Assembly: GCA_021613535.1 (NCBI GenBank)
Contig: CP075497.1
Span: forward strand, 11,408,001 to 11,472,000
DNA from: Adineta vaga
Lineage: Eukaryota > Animalia > Rotifera
DNA length: 64,000 nt
Direction: 5' to 3'
Part shown: piece by piece, positions 54,566-64,000 of the stretch
How the letters are laid out: each line of letters starts with the position of its first letter
How positions within the stretch are numbered: position 1 is the stretch's first letter
Program-made: the position numbers and the translations under genes
The notes under the pieces: model-generated
What the model was told of the DNA's origin: nothing
The model's database searches: none
What the model saw: only the letters and a program-made list of their open reading frames with translations

Positions 54566-56064
54566 ATGAGCAAACGTTCGACACCAGGTTAAAGTAGGAA
54601 TAGTTTCTCGCTTTGATGTACTATTGCATGCGATATCCCTTCTTTCATTTTATTCGTATCGTATCAATTTTGAATATCTTTTTTTTTCGTTTTCTATTCA
54701 TAACAGGATCTCAACAACAACGAACACCGGCCGCTTATCGTTCATCCTCTGTCGATGTTCCACGAGGTAGTTTATGAATACAAGGATTTCTATTTCTCAT
54801 CTATATTCTTTAGGTTCAACTAATCGATCATTGGTACCAGCAACCAATTCAAGAAATAATGCTTTAGAGCGAGTCGCACAAAATCCCATTCGTTTTCATG
54901 AAGAAAACGGAATGATGGTACCAGATGGTTTGTATATTTACCATCAATGCAGTAGAGTTACTAAGTACTTTTCCTAGGATATACATCACATGTAATTCGT
55001 CCAGCTGCTAGAGGCGATGTGGTAAGTCAAATTTAGGTGGGAATAATATAGGTAGGCAGTATTTGGTTTTCCATAGGTAACAATGGCTCGAGCAATGAAC
55101 CGTGATTTTGGTGCAAAAGCTAAAGCTATGTTTCAAAGTGAAGTTGATGCAGCACGTGAAGCAATTGAACAAGATCTTTATATTAGTTATCGACAACCAG
55201 GTAAAGATTTTGATTGTTATCGTGTTGGTTCAATTGGAAGATGCTTTTGTGGCCATGCACTCAATGAACATGCAAGATTTAATGGTATTGCTATAGTTCT
55301 CTTGTTCTTTCTATACTAAGATTTTGTTTGTTTTTTTGCAATAAAAAGGTAAATCAAGACGTTTAAAATGTAAATCGGGTGGCTGTGCTTGTGATGCATT
55401 TGCTTATATTCCATCTCGACCGGATGAAGCCGGCGAATTTTGGTTAGCAAAACGACCTGGTTTTGATCAATCAACTTGGCGAGCCAAATGTCGATGTGGG
55501 CATGCACATGATCGTCACGAACCCAAATATAAACGATGCAAAGGTATGTTATCTATTTATACAACAATAGTTGAACATTATCCTGTGTGTTTGTTTAGAA
55601 TGTAGTTGCAGTAATTTTAATTCGAATTTTCTATGTGCTGCATGTAACAATCATTGGGAACAACATGAAACATTTATTGAACGTGGTGATGAACGTGAAC
55701 AACAGAAATTACCCACAGGTGAATTCTATATGCCATTTGCCGAACTACCTGATATGCAACAAGTGATATTCACGGGTTCGGATGCACATATGCCAAGTCC
55801 TTATTTGGATGCAGCACCAAGACAAGCTGTTCAACATGGTGGTGGAATGCGTGGGCGTGCAGCTGCATTACGTAAATTTTAGTTTAATGCGAGAGGAAAA
55901 AAAAGAAATCTTTGTTCTCTATTATAGAAGCACCTAATCGACCAGCGATTGGCTATGAACAATATTCAAATTCATCAACACGAAATGATAATAGTGCTGC
56001 TCAGAGAGGCCCTCCACGTGGACGTGGACCGTTACGTGGAAGTCATCGAGCAACTGAAGAATAA
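54566..56064 (+). CDS. FAM221: FAM221-family protein (multi-exon)
   Basis: DCYRVG...RCFCGH, FAYIPSRPDEAGEFWL, WRAKCRCGH.H..H, FLCAAC..HWEQHET. Confidence 0.85.
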
Positions 56065-56680
56065 AGAAATCAATGATATAATATATCCGGTGCTACTTTT
56101 TCCCTGTGTAAATTTTACTTTATTTTTTATTTTGTATTGATAATCTTGCATATTCACATAATAAAGACTTTGGAAAGCAACAAATGTCATGTTTATTATT
56201 TCCCAATCGAGCGAATGGAAAAAGTATCGATGAATCATTCTTCATTCGTACGAACGAGCGAAAAAGAAAAACAACTAACCACAATCAGGATAGGGAAAAA
56301 GAAAAAAACAAACTTCTATTATACTATCGCTTGACGGATTTTACTAAAAACTTTTTTTTTATCAAAGTCTATAGAGAAGTTACAGATATGCGAAAAAACA
56401 ATAGGTAAATAGTCTTCTTGTGGGGTTTTTCCTAGTTGATGTGTCCTATATAGAAGAAAGTTATTTATGCATCATCATGTTCACTATCCGAATGCGCAAT
56501 TAATCTTACAGGTTTTTTTAAATAGGCATTCATTCTAGTGATGTAACGTTCGAGACTAGTAGCGATTTTTTAGGATGAATGACAGATGTGTGAAATTATC
56601 GGATAATTCAATGTTGAATAGATAAACAATGTTACTTTCTATTTTAGATATTTTTTCGATTTTGACTTTTCACACGAACA

Positions 56681-57166
56681 ATGAATCGAACTGAGCTCTT
56701 AAGAAGATTTCAAACTGCATGTGGATATACGTTTAAGAGAAGCGAACTATTAGAAGAAGCTCTCACACATGACAGTAATCGAGTGAATAATCGTGATGCA
56801 CCAACGTATCAACGATTGGAATTCCTTGGTGATAGTGTACTAAATTTAGTCGTTAGCGAGTATCTTTATCGCAACAATCCGAATTTTACAGAAGGTCAAT
56901 TGACAAACAAACGAAGCGAGCTCACCGATGCAACAAAACAAAGACAAATAGCTGACCAACTTGCACTGAAAGATTATATATTATTCGGGCAAAGTGTGGC
57001 GAGAGAACAATTTAGAGGACATCATAGTTTCGTTGAATCAATCATTGGAGCTGTTTATATCGATGGTGGAATGGAAGAAGCTCGAAAACTAATTCGTAAA
57101 TTTTGGGAACTTACTGATGCAGCTCCTGCTGCGGCGGCAGCTGCTGGCGCTTGTTTATTATCATAA
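56681..57166 (+). CDS. Single-domain RNase III (no dsRBD) with C-terminal CaaX, intronless
   Basis: ALTH.S, QRLEFLGDSVL, EGQL...RS.L, VESIIGAVYIDGG; ends AAPAAAAAAGACLLS. Confidence 0.9.
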   Translation: MNRTELLRRFQTACGYTFKRSELLEEALTHDSNRVNNRDAPTYQRLEFLGDSVLNLVVSEYLYRNNPNFTEGQLTNKRSELTDATKQRQIADQLALKDYILFGQSVAREQFRGHHSFVESIIGAVYIDGGMEEARKLIRKFWELTDAAPAAAAAAGACLLS

Positions 57167-57400
57167 TCGTCTAACTTGAGCAATTTCACTACTGAAATTC
57201 ATGATTAACTATATAATAGATTTTTTAAAACATATATTGCCAATAAAATCTTTCTAATGTATGAAAAATCTATTTTAGTACATGAAATTTTGCATTGAGT
57301 TTAAAAACATGATCACATATTGTCCTTATCATCTGTAATAGAATGTTCTTATTGACATTCATATCTTTCAGTAGTCCTTCATCGTCTAAATGATTTATAA

Positions 57401-58261
57401 TTAGTTTGATGTTCCATTTTTCAACACCCATCCTTCCCAAAGTTTCGTATAATGATATAAAATCTTGTGTGTTCTTTCAAATGCTTGCTGGATCTGACAG
57501 TAAATACACGATCCGTCCAGTACCAAACTAATATGTGAAGCAAATTGAATCACTCGAAAATATTGCGTTAAATTATTTAGAATTAATGCAGGTATTATTT
57601 CAAATTCACATCCTTCACAATTGATACTAATCATATCAATCATTCCATTTTTTGTTCTTGTTTGTCGAATTCTATGAATGACTTCAACAATATCAAGTAG
57701 TTCAATTTGAACAATCTTTGATGAATTCAGTGAAGATAACTTTCGAAAAGTACTTGTTCCAGCATTTCCATGATCGATGGGTTCAATCGACAGATTTCTT
57801 GCACGATTACTTAATCCATAAGGAAAAATTTCTACTTTTCGATTGGATTTAAACATATCAGAAAGATTTTTTGCCATAAAACGTAATGGTTCATAACTCA
57901 TTATCCATGGATCGTGAAATTCAATGAATTTAACAGTATCATGAGCACGATTTCCACCGACTTCAATAATGAGTGAAGAGGAATTAAATAGATGTTTATG
58001 TGCTGTATGTCTTAAACTTTCGACAGACCAGAATGATTCATCTTTACCCATACCTATACATTGGTGATACTTTTTTCTATCGATGTTTGGAAAATTTCGT
58101 GCTGGTTTACATGTGAAAGTCTCACGAATAATGATTGGCATTGAGATAGATTTTGTTGAAGAAAATGCAGAAAGTATTATATCTGATCGGAAGAAGTAAA
58201 ATAATAGAATAGATAATATTCCGCTCAATGATAAAACCAATAATTTCATTCGTGATGTCAT
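57401..58261 (-). CDS. FkbM-like SAM-dependent methyltransferase with N-terminal anchor, intronless
   Basis: IEVGGN (motif I), SYEP, FPYGLS, ISINCEGCEFEII. Confidence 0.8.
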   Translation of the reverse strand: MTSRMKLLVLSLSGILSILLFYFFRSDIILSAFSSTKSISMPIIIRETFTCKPARNFPNIDRKKYHQCIGMGKDESFWSVESLRHTAHKHLFNSSSLIIEVGGNRAHDTVKFIEFHDPWIMSYEPLRFMAKNLSDMFKSNRKVEIFPYGLSNRARNLSIEPIDHGNAGTSTFRKLSSLNSSKIVQIELLDIVEVIHRIRQTRTKNGMIDMISINCEGCEFEIIPALILNNLTQYFRVIQFASHISLVLDGSCIYCQIQQAFERTHKILYHYTKLWEGWVLKNGTSN

Positions 58262-58754
58262 TGTTGATAATAACAGTTGAGAAATGTCTAAAAAAATATC
58301 TTGAAACGTGATTAATTTTTATCGTTAGATTTTCTTGTTTCTTTTCAATTTACAAAAATTTAGCTAAACGATACATTTTTTACTTTTTTACCTGATTCTG
58401 ATTTCTGTACAATCTTTTCTCTCTCTCCGCATTTTCTTAAACGAACTAAGGATTTCAACAGAACAATAGGCAAGAATTCCTCATAATCAAAATATGTACT
58501 GCAATACAAACAGAACGAACAAATGCGTCATTTTCAGTTCATCATTGCTTATTTACTTACATTTTGTAGCAACAAGTAACCAATGAAATTATATCTTGTG
58601 AATAGATGGAAATCAATCGTCAATACAGAATACTGAATATGACGCAATATTTTTCAAATAAGTGTTAGACTTCTTCCATAGAATGATTACATGGTATTCA
58701 TAATCAATCATGATCAGATATATTCTACAAACAATTCACCGATAAATAGAAGAT

Positions 58755-59381
58755 TTATTTTTCAATACAAGCTACAGATTTAACAGATATATATTGATGT
58801 ACTTTATTCAATAATGGATCGATGGTTTTGATCTGAATAGGAATTGGTGGAGAATTCCAATCAAACCATTGAAAACCCGGATGTTCAGTTGGATTGATCT
58901 GGAAGATAAAATCATTGTCATTATGAAATAAAATGAAGAATTCGTTCCTACTTGTACTGAATCTGACTTCAGTTTTGCAAGAAATATAACAAGTGTTTTC
59001 TTTACTCGTTCACCACCAAAACGTTTGTATGTTGGATAGTAAATCTAAAGAATGTTATTATATGAAATACCGAGAAAAAATAGAGATAATTACATCTTCG
59101 AAACGGAAATTAGGATCAATGTCGATTTCAGCCGATTGAATTCCTGTTTCTTCATTCAATTCTAAATTAATTTGCACAGAATATTAAAAGAAAACGATGG
59201 TATATAAATATTTACCTCGCAAAGCTGTTTCATGTTCATTTTCTCCATTTTTCATATGTCCTTTGGGTAAATCATAGCGATATTTGTGCTTCATTAACAA
59301 AAAACTTCTATTGGATTTCATCAGAAAAAATCCACAGGATTTCACTTCTCGTAATTCTTTATCATCAAAATTTTCTGCCAT
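58755..59381 (-). CDS. Nudix hydrolase, Ap4A-hydrolase-like (4 exons)
   Basis: SCG, FLLMKH, DLPKGH..GE....TALRELNEETGI Nudix box across a splice junction; TEHPGFQW. Confidence 0.85.
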
Positions 59382-59755
59382 TGAAACAATTCTCTATGTA
59401 TTTCAGGAATCAAATGAAAACTAATCAAAGATAGTATCACAACTATGTCATTTTATTCTTTCATAATCTTGCGCAAGAATGTATTTCTTAACAAATATCT
59501 ACATGAGTCATGCGCATACCGAATACGTCATGATAGAAATTCAATTTATTTATTTATTTATTTATTCATCTAATAATAAGAAGTCGATTTCTATCTGATT
59601 CACAGGTACATATATATATAAAGAACACATCTGAGAAGAAAAAGAAAAATAAATTTCTATTGATTTGAAAGGAGAAATTACACAATCTGACGAATAACAA
59701 AAATAATCTATCTGACCGAATTTATCTTTGAGAAAAATAATCTTCATATCTGTAT

Positions 59756-62991
<3,236 letters not shown>

Positions 62992-63342
62992 CTAGAAAAT
63001 ATCAAATATGATGCATATTTATATTTTCATGTTTGTTTTTTTTTATAGTATATTTTATTTCATACGAATAGAGACAGCAGAAAACGAATGAACAACCAAC
63101 ACGACACAAACAACATGATAAAGAAGAGAAAAACAAATTAGTTTGTTGTTGTTTTTTTTCGAATACAATCTCAAATATACGCATACACACACACACACAC
63201 ATGTACAAATGTGACAGTACCAAACAGAAAATGTCTTACAAGCACTAAAGGGAAATAATCATAGAGTATATGAACTATGTTCAATACATAAACAAAGAAA
63301 TAGAAGAAAACAAACACAGTCTTATTGGATTTTTCAAAAGAT

Positions 63343-64000
63343 TCATTTGCGTAAAAGCAAACATGATTTAAGAATTGTATCGATTAAATCTGGTTGTTTC
63401 GCTTTCAATTCAGTCCAACCCTAGAGAAAAACAAATCAAATATGTTTCTAATCTTCTATTAAATTCAAACTTACCGCTGTTTCCATAACGTTGCCTAAAT
63501 TATTCGCAATATAATCACATGTTGTTTGTTTTAACATTTCCGATTTCATATTATCACTCAACATAAGTAATTCACTAAAACATACGATCAAATATATTCA
63601 TCGAAAGATTATAGAGAAAATTCTTGCTTACCATGCATTATCAACACGAATAATATCTTTAAGATAATATTCAGCATAGGTTTTCAAATCCGGCATATCA
63701 TAATTAGCTGCAATTGTTAATAAATCAATAACAAGTGTATGAGAAATAGCAGCACCTGGTAAAGCTAATTTTTTAATTCCACCTGTGTAAACATATTCAA
63801 GAAAATATAGAATTGTTTTACGATCAATATCATTAATATCAATTGTTAAAAATGATGCATCATCAGTACCACCAACTTGTGTATCGGTTTCCATACTTTC
63901 ACTTGTTGTATTGGCAGCTGAAGCGGTTGCTCGTTTACCATGACGACTAAAATGAAAAAAAATCTATTTTGCTTTGTTTTCTCTTCTTGTAGATAGTTTT
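63343..64000 (-). CDS. BTB/POZ SPOP-like protein, 3' part only (truncated by the window)
   Basis: I.DID..T...FLEYVYTG, LL..A..Y..PDLK, LKQTTCDYI, GW.ELK..QPDL. Confidence 0.75.

Overview
This is very AT-rich eukaryotic genomic DNA with dense genes and many GT-AG introns of about 50-60 nt. The gene content is metazoan and the style fits a bdelloid rotifer (inference; no taxon marker was seen). About 32 protein genes are supportable: protocadherin, AP-3 sigma, an H2A variant, a Fer2/HLH-13-like HLH, FAM78, ARID1/osa, a SUEL-CUB receptor, macoilin, ZDHHC, jagunal, POFUT2, POR, an LRAT-like gene, actin, ITPase, MsrA, MRPS28, RRP40, ARS2, fuzzy, CHP, CCT5, FAM221, RNase III, a FkbM methyltransferase, a Nudix hydrolase, MCM3, a partial SPOP-like gene and a few unknowns. 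Most notable: (1) a 776-aa secreted polyprotein built from tandem exon+intron units, predicted to release seven C-amidated hydrophobic peptides plus Gln-rich helical modules; (2) an intronless, bacterial-type single-domain RNase III ending in a CaaX box, inside a three-gene foreign-looking island; (3) a divergent, intron-containing H2A variant with an RVxF motif in its C-tail; (4) tight co-oriented gene runs with splice acceptors just upstream of the ATG, which may be trans-spliced operons (one is all ER proteins); (5) an HLH lacking the basic region, a candidate poison exon in ARS2, and an ITPase with altered specificity motifs. No rRNA, tRNA, CRISPR array or intact transposon was recognised. 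All family assignments come from motif recognition by eye, not database searches.
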